Shown piece by piece: positions 1 through 8,369 of a stretch of DNA of 18,159 bases. The DNA is taken from assembly GCA_043822705.1 (NCBI GenBank), contig JBDRBK010000121.1, positions 1-18,159 of the forward strand. The letters run 5' to 3'. Under the pieces are notes generated by a model. The model was given only the letters and a program-made list of their open reading frames with translations, did no database searches and was not told where the DNA came from. Both the position numbers and the translations under genes were made by a program. The DNA comes from Fidelibacterota bacterium (GTDB taxonomy: Bacteria > Fidelibacterota > Marinisomatia > Marinisomatales > TCS56). The stretch's first letter is position 1, and each line of letters begins with the position of its first letter.

Positions 1-234
1 CGAATTGACCGTACCGACATCGGTGCCGGCCCCGGTCACGGGATTCAGCACCGGGGTGCTACCGACCTGGATATTGCCAAAATCGACAGCATCAAATACG
101 CTCAGGGCCAAGGGCTCCAACACGACCGCCGATACGTTGGCAGATTGATTCACCGCTTGCGCAAAAACCAGCGTGTTGATGCTCAACAGCGCCACTATCA
201 GCGCTATTATATTGTTTTTTATGTTACTATTCAT
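1..234 (-). CDS. Secreted protein, DUF4402/fimbrial-subunit-like (5' part only, continues past the left edge)
   Basis: Not in the ORF track because it is truncated. Manual translation from ATG at 234 gives 78 open codons: MNSNIKNNIIALIVALLSINTLVFAQAVNQSANVSAVVLEPLALSVFDAVDFGNIQVGSTPVLNPVTGAGTDVGTVNS. It has a Sec-type signal peptide ending VFA|QA. The following 'ANVSAVVLEPLAL...DFGNI' pattern resembles recalled DUF4402/pilin-like N-termini (inference). Purine-rich AGAGAAG lies upstream. Confidence 0.75.
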   Translation of the reverse strand, partial: MNSNIKNNIIALIVALLSINTLVFAQAVNQSANVSAVVLEPLALSVFDAVDFGNIQVGSTPVLNPVTGAGTDVGTVNS

Positions 235-520
235 TGTCTGTCTTCTCTGTTTGGATGAAAAATTCTTGGTGAAGTTACTCATAATATGCTCGCCTTTACG
301 ACGCCTCTCCAGGGCTGGTGACGGATGTCACTGGGCCCATGATAATTCCTAATATCTCTGGTGGAACCAAACTGATATTTCGGGTAGCGTTGCATGGGGT
401 GATTGTAAAGATATAAAGGGGTACCGAGCAGTGACAGGCTAAAATATGCCGCAATCTTTACTATTAACGTCGCGTTTTTTATAAATAACCAACATTTGCA
501 GCGGTCATGTTGATACTCAG

Positions 521-544
521 TAACGCTACGAGTAGCGCTATTTT
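521..544. terminator. Near-perfect palindrome/hairpin 18 nt after the stop of the hypothetical gene; possible terminator or operator
   Basis: TAACGCTAC-GA-GTAGCGCTA (521-540) has one mismatch, which becomes a G-U pair on the minus strand. It is followed by TTTT (541-544) on the plus strand. Confidence 0.35.
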
Positions 545-558
545 AAGAAAAGGTCACA

Positions 559-975
559 TTAGCCCAAAGCAGGAAACAAGCGGCGTAATATTTCCGCCTT
601 TTCCGCCGGAGTGAGAAAACCGACTCGGTGGGTCGCTACAAAGGTTTTATCAAATAACCATGGTTTCCATTCATGGATTTTCTGTTTGAAACGGACCAGT
701 TTTGAGCACTCGCTCTCCGGGTGCTCGATCGGCACCCGGATTTCGTTGATCCATTTGATGAAGATGCTGCGCACCTCTCCCCGATCCACCACGTACAAAT
801 ATTCCGGACTGACGTAATAAATAGTGATCCCTGATATCCGGATACCTGTACCACAGGTGATTTCGATGGCGCTGGCCGGTATTGTCGGCCACGGTTGTCC
901 CGTTACCCGCGGGGCGCCGGCGAATATCAGGTTCCCGGCCAGCATGAAAAGCACCAGCGCATATTTCCAGACCAT
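559..975 (-). CDS. Hypothetical exported protein, 138 aa
   Basis: ORF 559..990. The better start is ATG at 975, with AGGAG 7 nt upstream (GCAGGAGTCTGGTATG). The N-terminus MVWKYALVLFMLAGNLIFA looks like a signal peptide. Two Cys residues; no family recognised. Confidence 0.7.
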   Translation of the reverse strand: MVWKYALVLFMLAGNLIFAGAPRVTGQPWPTIPASAIEITCGTGIRISGITIYYVSPEYLYVVDRGEVRSIFIKWINEIRVPIEHPESECSKLVRFKQKIHEWKPWLFDKTFVATHRVGFLTPAEKAEILRRLFPALG

Positions 976-989
976 ACCAGACTCCTGCA

Positions 990-1050
990 ATAATCATGGA
1001 CTTGAACTACCATGATTATCGGCAGTCGCCGGATGGACTTTAGTCCCGTC
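990..1050. repeat. Two tandem hairpins between thrC and the hypothetical gene; candidate operon 3'-end structure or REP-like palindromes
   Basis: Perfect 10-bp inverted repeat ATAATCATGG (990-999) / CCATGATTAT (1010-1019). Second hairpin GATGGACT-TT-AGTCCCGTC (1032-1050). Both contain ATGGACTT (996-1003 and 1033-1040). Confidence 0.5.
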
Positions 1051-1062
1051 GATGGAAAAATC

Positions 1063-2349
1063 TCAGTCCAGCAGGAATTCTTTGAAAGCGGAATAATCGG
1101 TCGGCAGCGTCTGTACCTGACGAGATTTTCGCCGGAATTCGGTCAATCGTTGCGGCTCAGCAATAACCTCACGAATTTTTTCGGGATAACAATCCCGGAA
1201 TTTGGCCGGGTGCGCGGTCGCCAGTACGATACCGTGGCGATTCCCGGTGTCGCCACGCCGAAAGCGCTGCCAACCCAGATAGCCCACCGCCGTGTGGGGA
1301 TCGAGGATATAGCCGGTCCGCTCGTATACATCGCGGATCGCCATCAGCGTCTGCCGGTCGGAAAAGCCGAAGCTGCTGACCTCCCGGCGCAGGGTACCCG
1401 GATCGTCGCCGAATAATGCTCTGATCCGCTGGAAATTGCTGGGATCGCCCACATCCATGGCGTTGGATATGGTCGACCGCGCCGGTCGCGGTCGATAATC
1501 TCCGGTTCTCAAATAATCGGGAAAGACGGTATTGGCATTGACCGCGGCCACGAATCCTGCCGTCGGCAGGCCCATTTTAACAGCGATCAGGCCGCCGGTG
1601 AGATTGCCGAAATTCCCGCTGGGGACGCTGAAAACTACATCCTGTTCCCGGACCTGGCGCCAGGCCCAGGCATAATAGACCGCCTGCGGCAGCAACCGAC
1701 CGATATTGATCGAATTGGCCGAAGTCAGGTTCCTGCACGATAATAGTTCCCAATCCAGAAACGCCTGTTTCACCAGCCTCTGGCAATCGTCGAAACTGCC
1801 AGCAATTTCCAGGGCAGTGACATTGCCGCCCCAGGCCGTCAACTGCTGCTCCTGCAACGGACTGACCCGCCCCGCCGGGTACAGGATCACCACTCGGATA
1901 CCGGCGATACCGTAAAATCCGGCGGCCACGGCGCTGCCGGTATCGCCGGAGGTGGCGACCAGAACGGTCAGTTCGCGCCCCAGTCGGTCCTGGAAATAGG
2001 CCATCGTTCGGGCCATGAAACGGGCAGCAAAATCCTTGAACGCCAGGGTGGGCCCGTGGAATAATTCCAGGATACTGGTACCTGGTTCCAGGTCCACTAA
2101 CGGTACCGGGAATGTGAAGGCCGCGGCCGCGATTTCGGTCAGCACGGCCGGGGGAATTTCTTCTTCCACGAACGGCCGGATCAGCGCCGCCGCCAGTTCC
2201 GGGTAGCTGCGATCGGCCGTAAAAAACGAGCTATCAAATACCGGGATCGACTCCGGCAGGTACAATCCACCGTCCGGCGCCAGTCCCCGGAACAGCGCTT
2301 CCCGGAATTTAACCACGGGCGCCCGTCCATTGGTGCTGTAGTAACGCAT
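1063..2349 (-). CDS. thrC: Threonine synthase (E. coli-like long form), 428 aa
   Basis: Motifs GLAPDGGLYLP, ELFHGPTLAFKDF (PLP lysine), ATSGDTGSAVA, SANSINIGRL, VPSGNFGN, DPHTAVG and ATAHPAKF. Confidence 0.97.
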   Translation of the reverse strand: MRYYSTNGRAPVVKFREALFRGLAPDGGLYLPESIPVFDSSFFTADRSYPELAAALIRPFVEEEIPPAVLTEIAAAAFTFPVPLVDLEPGTSILELFHGPTLAFKDFAARFMARTMAYFQDRLGRELTVLVATSGDTGSAVAAGFYGIAGIRVVILYPAGRVSPLQEQQLTAWGGNVTALEIAGSFDDCQRLVKQAFLDWELLSCRNLTSANSINIGRLLPQAVYYAWAWRQVREQDVVFSVPSGNFGNLTGGLIAVKMGLPTAGFVAAVNANTVFPDYLRTGDYRPRPARSTISNAMDVGDPSNFQRIRALFGDDPGTLRREVSSFGFSDRQTLMAIRDVYERTGYILDPHTAVGYLGWQRFRRGDTGNRHGIVLATAHPAKFRDCYPEKIREVIAEPQRLTEFRRKSRQVQTLPTDYSAFKEFLLD

Positions 2350-2351
2350 GC

Positions 2352-3287
2352 TCAGTCGAGGATTGCCGGCGGCCGGCTGCTGATCGGTGAACTGTAGCAG
2401 ATGCTGGCGAGACCGGCATTCCGGAATTCCGCCCGCATCTTCCGGCCCACAATTTCGGCTACGGTCGCCGAACCGGACAGGGCGAACAGGGCCGGCCCGG
2501 AACCGGAGATGCCGCAGCCGATGGCGCCATTATCCAGGGCGGCCCGGCGCACCGCTGCAAAACCGGGAATCAGTGCCTGGCGATATGGCTCGGCCAGCAA
2601 ATCCACCATCGAGCGCCCTAACAAATCGAAATCGCCGTTGACCAGGCCCAGCGTGAATCCGGCCAGGTTACCGGCCTGGGTCACGGCCTGCCGCAGCGGG
2701 ACCCGGTCCGGCAGGATACTGCGGGCCGACCCGGTGTTGATCGTCAGTTCCGGCAGCACCACCGTGCTGTACAACCACTCCGGTACCGGTAGTTGGAGGA
2801 TGTCCAGGGGATCGTAACTGCGGATCAGGATGATGCCACCCAACAAGGCCGGAGCCACATTGTCGGCGTGCAAGGCCTGGGACGCCACGGCCTCGCCGGC
2901 CATGCCATGCACGATCAAACTATTGGCAGACAGGGGACTGCCCAGCAGCAGATTGACGCCGGTAACGGCGGCGGCGGCGCTGGCGGCACTGGAGCCGAGA
3001 CCGCTGCCCGCCGGGATGCCTTTTGCGATATCCACCTGGAATCCGGCCGCGCTGCCCAATTCTTCCAACAGCGACAGGATCGCCTTCCCGGCCGTATTCT
3101 TTTCCGGCTGCAGCGGTATCCGGGCGGCATTGGTTCCCGACACGCTGATAGTCAGGCCCGGCCGTAGCCGGCGCCGGATCGTGATCGTATCGCCGGGCAC
3201 CGGAATGGCATACCCAAGACAATCGAAACCGCAGGAAACATTCGCCACGGAAGCGGTGGCGCGAATCCGGATCGAATCAGCGGCCAC
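2352..3287 (-). CDS. thrB: Homoserine kinase (GHMP kinase family), ~311 aa
   Basis: Motifs ASVANVSCGFDCLG, GHMP motif IPAGSGLGSSAASA, HADNVAPALLGG and GISGSGP. Likely start is GTG at 3287 with AAGGA 7 nt upstream, overlapping the asd stop by 11 nt. Confidence 0.95.
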   Translation of the reverse strand: MAADSIRIRATASVANVSCGFDCLGYAIPVPGDTITIRRRLRPGLTISVSGTNAARIPLQPEKNTAGKAILSLLEELGSAAGFQVDIAKGIPAGSGLGSSAASAAAAVTGVNLLLGSPLSANSLIVHGMAGEAVASQALHADNVAPALLGGIILIRSYDPLDILQLPVPEWLYSTVVLPELTINTGSARSILPDRVPLRQAVTQAGNLAGFTLGLVNGDFDLLGRSMVDLLAEPYRQALIPGFAAVRRAALDNGAIGCGISGSGPALFALSGSATVAEIVGRKMRAEFRNAGLASICYSSPISSRPPAILD

Positions 3288-4380
3288 CGATGAATCCTTG
3301 CGCCACCAGCAGCTCGGCCGCCAGGATGGCGCCACCGGCAGCCCCCCGCACAGTATTGTGTGAAAGGGCCACGTATTTCAGGTCAAAAAACTTGTCCGGC
3401 TGCAGTCGCCCGGCGGTGACGGCCATGCCCCGCCCCGTGTCGCGGTCCAGACGCGGTTGGGGCCGGTCGTCTTCGTCGCGGTAAATGATAAGTTCCGGCG
3501 GCGCCAGTGGCAGCTTCAACCGCTGTGGTTCGCCGCGGAATTCCCGCCAGACGCGGATTACTGTTTCGCGGCTGGGAATTTTATCCCGGAAACCGACCCG
3601 GACTACGGCCAGGTGGCCATCCACTACCGAAACCCGAGTACAGGTGGCGTCGATCAGCGGTCCGCCGGCAACGACGATACCGTTTTCCCCGACCCGGCCC
3701 AAAATTTTCAATGGTTCACGCTCGGTTTTTTCCTCCTCGCCGGGAATGTACGGCACCACATTTTCCCGTAGCGCCTGGTCGTTCAGGCCACGCTGGCCGG
3801 CGCCCGAGAGGGCCTGCAGGGTCGTAACCTGAACCCGTTCCACCGGGTAACCGGCCAGTTCTAAGGCGGTCAGTGTAACCAGATAGGACTGGATCGAACA
3901 ATTGGGTTTGACCGCCACGAAACCGGTCGCCGGCAGGTGGCGGCGGGCCTGCTGCAGCGGAATCACGGCGCTGTGGCCGGGATTAATTTCGGGAATCAGC
4001 ATCGGCACGTCAGGTGTCCAGCGGTTGGCGGAACTGTTGCTAATCAGGGGGTACCCGGCGCGGGCGTACTCAAATTCCAGTTCGGCGGTGGACGCCTTGT
4101 CCGGCAATTCCGCCGCCGAAAAAATTGCCGCCGTCCCCGCTGGGATGGCAGCAAAGTCCCGTACATCACGGACCGTCAAACCGGCGATCCGCTCCGGAAT
4201 GGCAGTCGGCGGGTACCAAGCGCCCGCCACCACATCGGCATAATTCCGTCCGGCGCTGCGATCCGAGGCGGCCACATCGACGACTTCGAACCAGGGGTGG
4301 TCGGCCAGCAGCCGCAGATAATTCTGGCCCACCATGCCAGTGGCGCCCAGGACACTGACCGGTATCCGGTGTTTTTTCAT
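3277..4380 (-). CDS. asd: Aspartate-semialdehyde dehydrogenase (form resembling the archaeal/fungal-type Asd subfamily), 367 aa
   Basis: Motifs VLGATGMVGQ (NADP binding), HPWFE, AAS-RSAG, catalytic PNCS, QALSGAG, GEEEK, DGH and HNTVRGAAGGAILAAE. ATGA overlap with the upstream aspartate kinase stop. Confidence 0.96.
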   Translation of the reverse strand: MKKHRIPVSVLGATGMVGQNYLRLLADHPWFEVVDVAASDRSAGRNYADVVAGAWYPPTAIPERIAGLTVRDVRDFAAIPAGTAAIFSAAELPDKASTAELEFEYARAGYPLISNSSANRWTPDVPMLIPEINPGHSAVIPLQQARRHLPATGFVAVKPNCSIQSYLVTLTALELAGYPVERVQVTTLQALSGAGQRGLNDQALRENVVPYIPGEEEKTEREPLKILGRVGENGIVVAGGPLIDATCTRVSVVDGHLAVVRVGFRDKIPSRETVIRVWREFRGEPQRLKLPLAPPELIIYRDEDDRPQPRLDRDTGRGMAVTAGRLQPDKFFDLKYVALSHNTVRGAAGGAILAAELLVAQGFIGGR

Positions 4381-5813
4381 GAAATCCCCCCGGCATTCTG
4401 CGGTAAGTTCAGCACCGTCCCGGCTTGTTGGTCGGCGTAAACGAAAAATTCCGCGTGCAGCGCCAGCAATGCCTTTTTCTGGTTAAAATCGTTAATGATG
4501 AAGGAAATATTGCGTTCCGAAGAACCCTGGGCAATCGCAATCACATTGATATTTTTCCGGCCCAGTGTATTGAAAACCCGACCGGCGATACCGGGACACT
4601 GGCGCATCCCTTCGCCCACCAGTGCCATCAACGACAGATGTTCCTCCACCTTGATTTCATCGATATAGCGGTTCTCCATCTCAAAACTGAATTCCTGTTC
4701 CAGGGCAGCCACGGCCTGGGGCGTTTCGCACGGATCGATGGCGAAACAGATCGAGTGCTCGCTGAAAACCTGAGACACCAGGATGATATTGATCTTTTCC
4801 TGTGCCAGCGCCGCGAAGGTCCGGCCGATCACACCATAGCGACCAACCATGCCGGCCCCCTGCAACCGGATCAGGGTAATGTCCGACAGGGATGAAATCC
4901 CTACCGCCACTTCACCGTTCAATTTGCGGCTGCGGGTGATCAGCGTTCCCGGGTGACCGGAATTGAGGGTATTGCGAATGTGGATCGGAATTCCCTTGTA
5001 CAGCGCCGGTATCGTGGTCGGCGGAAAAATCACGCGGGCGCCAGCGTGGGCCAGTTCCATCGCTTCTTCATAGGTCAGGTGCGGAATCGTGCCGGCACCC
5101 TTGATCACCCGCGGATCGGCGGACATGATGCCATCCACATCGGTCCAGATTTCGATCACACCGGCATTCAAGGCGGCGCCGAAAATGGCCGCAGTATAAT
5201 CGGAACCGCTGCGCCCCAGGGTGGTGGTCCGGCCGTCCTCGGTGGCACCAATAAAACCAGTCACCACCTGCAACCAGGTCCGGCCTCTGAGATAGGTGCG
5301 GATGCGATCATATGATTTCTGGTAATGCACAAAAGCTTGCCCGAAATGATCGTCGGTCAGGACGACCTGGCGAGCGTCCAGTTGCTCGGCCTCGAGGCCG
5401 CGGCTGCGCAGGGCGGCGGCGACAATCAGCGTAGACAGATATTCACCGCAGCTCATTCCCCGGTCGCGGTCCTGATCCGATAATTCGGAGTTTTGCCGGA
5501 TCTTTTCCAGCAAATCGCGGAAATCGGTGATGGCTATCTGGATTTGACCGAATACCGCAGCTTCATCCGCCCGGTTGACCAGCCGATAAACCATTTTGCG
5601 ATGCCGCCGCTGCAGCTCGGCCAGACCGGTGGCATAATCATTACCAGCCAACGCCAGTTCCATCAATTCTATTAGCTGATCAGTGACGCCACCGAAAGCC
5701 GAGGCCACCACGGTGACGCGGTCGGTCGCCAGCGCCGTTTCGACCAGGTCCAGGGCATGCTCGATTCGTTCTGCCGCCGCAATCGAAGTACCGCCGAATT
5801 TCATTACTTTCAT
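4377..5813 (-). CDS. lysC: Aspartate kinase with two ACT domains, 478 aa; resembles the N-terminal AK half of bifunctional ThrA but lacks the HSDH domain
   Basis: Motifs MKVMKFGGTS, VASAFGGVTDQL, TTTLGRSGSDYTAA, IWTDVDGIMSADPR and YEEAMELA; ACT motifs SEHSICF and IAQGSSERNIS. Start is ATG 5813 with GGAGG upstream, 1 nt after the ilvE stop. Confidence 0.93.
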   Translation of the reverse strand: MKVMKFGGTSIAAAERIEHALDLVETALATDRVTVVASAFGGVTDQLIELMELALAGNDYATGLAELQRRHRKMVYRLVNRADEAAVFGQIQIAITDFRDLLEKIRQNSELSDQDRDRGMSCGEYLSTLIVAAALRSRGLEAEQLDARQVVLTDDHFGQAFVHYQKSYDRIRTYLRGRTWLQVVTGFIGATEDGRTTTLGRSGSDYTAAIFGAALNAGVIEIWTDVDGIMSADPRVIKGAGTIPHLTYEEAMELAHAGARVIFPPTTIPALYKGIPIHIRNTLNSGHPGTLITRSRKLNGEVAVGISSLSDITLIRLQGAGMVGRYGVIGRTFAALAQEKINIILVSQVFSEHSICFAIDPCETPQAVAALEQEFSFEMENRYIDEIKVEEHLSLMALVGEGMRQCPGIAGRVFNTLGRKNINVIAIAQGSSERNISFIINDFNQKKALLALHAEFFVYADQQAGTVLNLPQNAGGIS

Positions 5814-5814
5814 A

Positions 5815-6744
5815 TCAGGCCTCCGATCCAAGATAGGTCAGCCAGCGCCGGTATTCCGGCAGCCGGCCGCGAATCACGTCAAAATACAGCGACTGGATTT
5901 TCTCGGTGATCGGTCCCCGCCGGCCGTCACCAATCTGCCGCTCGTCCACCTCGCGGATCGGCGTCACCTCCGAAGCGGTGCCGGTAAAAAAGGCTTCATC
6001 GGCCGAGAACAATCGGCCGATCGTCAATTTGCCGACATGGACCGGGATTTTCTGATCTTCGATCAGGGTCAGTACCGTTTCCCTGGTCAGTCCCATCAGG
6101 ATGCTGGACGGTTCGCCGTTGGTGTAGACCATGCCGTCCTTGACCAGAAATATGTTCTGTCCGGCGCCTTCGGCAATGTTGCCTTCCTGGTTCAGCAGCA
6201 GACCTTCATCATAACCCTTGTCGTGGGCGTCCTGGGCCGCCAGGATCGAATTGAGGTACTGGCCGGCGGCTTTGGCCACCGTCGGCAGCGAACAGGAATG
6301 AAACTTGCGCCAGGGTGAAATCGTGATCCGGACACCCCGTTCCAGGGCGCCCTCTCCCAGGTAGGTGCCCCAGTTGAAGGTGGCGATCGCCACCGTTACC
6401 GGACATTTTCTGGGGTGTACCCCGAGCGTGTCGTAACCATAAAAGGCAATCGGCCGAATATAGCATTCCTGTAATCCGTTGGCCCGGACCAGTTCCAGGG
6501 TAGCCTGGACCAGTTCATCGACGCTGTAGGGTACTTTCATCCGGTAGATGGCGGCCGAAGTGACCAGCCGTTTCATATGGTCGCGCAGCCGGAAAATGGC
6601 CGGTCCCGACTCCGTCAGATAACATTTTATGCCCTCGAAAAACCCGCTGCCGTAGTGGAGTCCATGGGACATGACATGGGTCGTCCCTTCGGCATAGGGC
6701 TTTAAGCCGCCGTTCATCCAGATATATTTCGCTTCTCCGCTCAT
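5815..6744 (-). CDS. ilvE: Branched-chain amino acid aminotransferase (class IV PLP), 309 aa
   Basis: Motifs LHYGSGFFEGIKCY, FRLRDHMKRL, YIRP, AKAAGQYLNS (PLP Lys), EGAGQNIF, ILMGLTR and ADEAFFTGTASEVTPI. TAATG overlap with cimA. Confidence 0.96.
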   Translation of the reverse strand: MSGEAKYIWMNGGLKPYAEGTTHVMSHGLHYGSGFFEGIKCYLTESGPAIFRLRDHMKRLVTSAAIYRMKVPYSVDELVQATLELVRANGLQECYIRPIAFYGYDTLGVHPRKCPVTVAIATFNWGTYLGEGALERGVRITISPWRKFHSCSLPTVAKAAGQYLNSILAAQDAHDKGYDEGLLLNQEGNIAEGAGQNIFLVKDGMVYTNGEPSSILMGLTRETVLTLIEDQKIPVHVGKLTIGRLFSADEAFFTGTASEVTPIREVDERQIGDGRRGPITEKIQSLYFDVIRGRLPEYRRWLTYLGSEA

Positions 6745-8369
6745 TACTGTTTATCCTTGTCTGCCTTGGTTGGTAATTCGTATTCAAATTCGTTTTTCCG
6801 GCGGCTGCGGAACAGTTTGTAATTCAGGCTGTCGCGCAGTGCCTGCCAGCTGGCTTCAATAATATTTTGGGAAACGCCGACCGTGGACCAGATACCGGTT
6901 CCGTCACCGCTCTCGATCAGCACCCGTACTTTCGATTCGGTGCCGTTCTTCTCATTCAATACTCTGACCTTGTAGTCGATCAGCTTGACTTCCTCGATCT
7001 CCGGGTAAAAGCGCAGCAGCGCTTTCCGCAGGGCGTTATTGAGGGCGTTTACCGGTCCCACCCCGTCGGCGGCGGTGTGCTCGATTTCACCATCGACCCG
7101 CACCTTCAGCGTGGCATCCGCCATGCGGTGGCCATCCTCGCTGTAACTCACATGAATCCGGGAATCCAGCACATCGAAAAAGGGTGCGAATTCGCCCATC
7201 TGCTTGCGCAAGATCAGCTCGAAGGAGGCATCGGCCCCGTCGAACTGAAATCCTTCATGCTCGAGCGCCTTGACCTGGTCCACCACCCGTCGGATCAGGC
7301 TCTGATCGCCGTTGAGCGATATCCCCAGTTCGCGGGCCTTGTAGCGCACGTTGCTCTGGCCGGACAGGTCCGATATCAGCACCCGCTGGCGCGCCCCCAC
7401 CAGTTCCGGCCGGATATGCTCGTACAACGAACTGTCCTTCATGACGGCGCTGACATGAATGCCGCCCTTGTGGGCGAAGGCCGACTGACCGACGAAAGCC
7501 GCCCGGTTGTCGGGTCGCAGATTCATAGTCTCGGCCATCGACCGTGACAGGCCGGTCAATTTGGTCAGGTCGATCTCACGGACCGTGGCGCGACCCATTT
7601 TCAGGACCAGATTGGGAATGACACTGCACAGATTGGCGTTGCCGCAGCGTTCGCCCACACCGTTGATGGTACCCTGTACCTGGCTCGCGCCGGCCTTCAC
7701 CGCCGCCAGCGAATTGGCCACTGCCAGGTTACAGTCGTCGTGCGTGTGAATTCCCAATGGAACCGTCAGCGTATCGCCGACCAGTCGCACAACCGCACCG
7801 ATTTCATCCGGCAGGCTGCCGCCGTTGGTATCGCAGAGGACGATCCGCTGCGCGCCGCCGGCCACGGCCGCCTCCAGCATTGCCAGGGCGAAGTCCGGGT
7901 CGTCACGGTATCCATCAAAAAAATGTTCGGCGTCAAAAATCACTTGCCGACCGTGCTCGTTCAAGTGACGGACCGATTGAAAAATCAGGTCGGCGTTGGC
8001 GTCTTCATCCAGGCCCAGTCCCAGCATCGAATGCAATTTCCAGGTCTTGCCGAAAATCGACACCAAGGGCGTCTCCGCCTGCAGCAGGGCTGTGAGGTTG
8101 GGGTCGTCAGCAACGGCATGGGGATAGCGCGCCGTGGCACCGAAGGCACAGATTTGCACCCGGTCCAGCGTCTGCCGGCGGATTTTCCGGAAATAGGCCT
8201 CATCACGGGGATTACTGCCGGGCCAGCCGCCTTCGACGATATCGATCCCGAATTCATCCAACTGGCGGGTGATGCGTAATTTATCCTCGAGCGACAGGCT
8301 GATCCCTTCACCCTGGGTGCCGTCACGCAGGGTGGTATCGAACAATTCGATTGCGGTGAATTCGGTCAT
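6744..8369 (-). CDS. cimA: Citramalate synthase (bacterial CimA type), 541 aa
   Basis: DRE-TIM fold with CimA-type signatures [69 protein letters not shown] and [18 protein letters not shown]. Distinct from the LeuA in the same operon. Confidence 0.92.
   Translation of the reverse strand: MTEFTAIELFDTTLRDGTQGEGISLSLEDKLRITRQLDEFGIDIVEGGWPGSNPRDEAYFRKIRRQTLDRVQICAFGATARYPHAVADDPNLTALLQAETPLVSIFGKTWKLHSMLGLGLDEDANADLIFQSVRHLNEHGRQVIFDAEHFFDGYRDDPDFALAMLEAAVAGGAQRIVLCDTNGGSLPDEIGAVVRLVGDTLTVPLGIHTHDDCNLAVANSLAAVKAGASQVQGTINGVGERCGNANLCSVIPNLVLKMGRATVREIDLTKLTGLSRSMAETMNLRPDNRAAFVGQSAFAHKGGIHVSAVMKDSSLYEHIRPELVGARQRVLISDLSGQSNVRYKARELGISLNGDQSLIRRVVDQVKALEHEGFQFDGADASFELILRKQMGEFAPFFDVLDSRIHVSYSEDGHRMADATLKVRVDGEIEHTAADGVGPVNALNNALRKALLRFYPEIEEVKLIDYKVRVLNEKNGTESKVRVLIESGDGTGIWSTVGVSQNIIEASWQALRDSLNYKLFRSRRKNEFEYELPTKADKDKQ

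Noticed and set aside
235..558. Known riboswitch (c-di-GMP, c-di-AMP), SRP RNA or 6S RNA in the intergenic region
   Set aside because: I could not find the diagnostic conserved motifs by eye. It is kept only as an unassigned structured-RNA candidate.
995..1014. Minus-strand CATGG-TAG-TTCAAGT-CCATG resembles a tRNA T-arm (possible tRNA remnant or att site)
   Set aside because: The loop has 3 extra nt, no acceptor, D or anticodon arms or CCA end can be built, and there is no integrase nearby.
2964..2985. Short GGC/GCC trinucleotide runs (also near 9070-9084)
   Set aside because: They encode Ala runs inside conserved ThrB and LeuC motifs and are not independent repeats.
4377..4445. Possible frameshifted homoserine dehydrogenase remnant after the aspartate kinase (G6 run on the minus strand at 4386-4391)
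   Set aside because: The intact asd gene starts immediately, leaving no room for an HSDH domain. The G-run more plausibly serves as the asd RBS.
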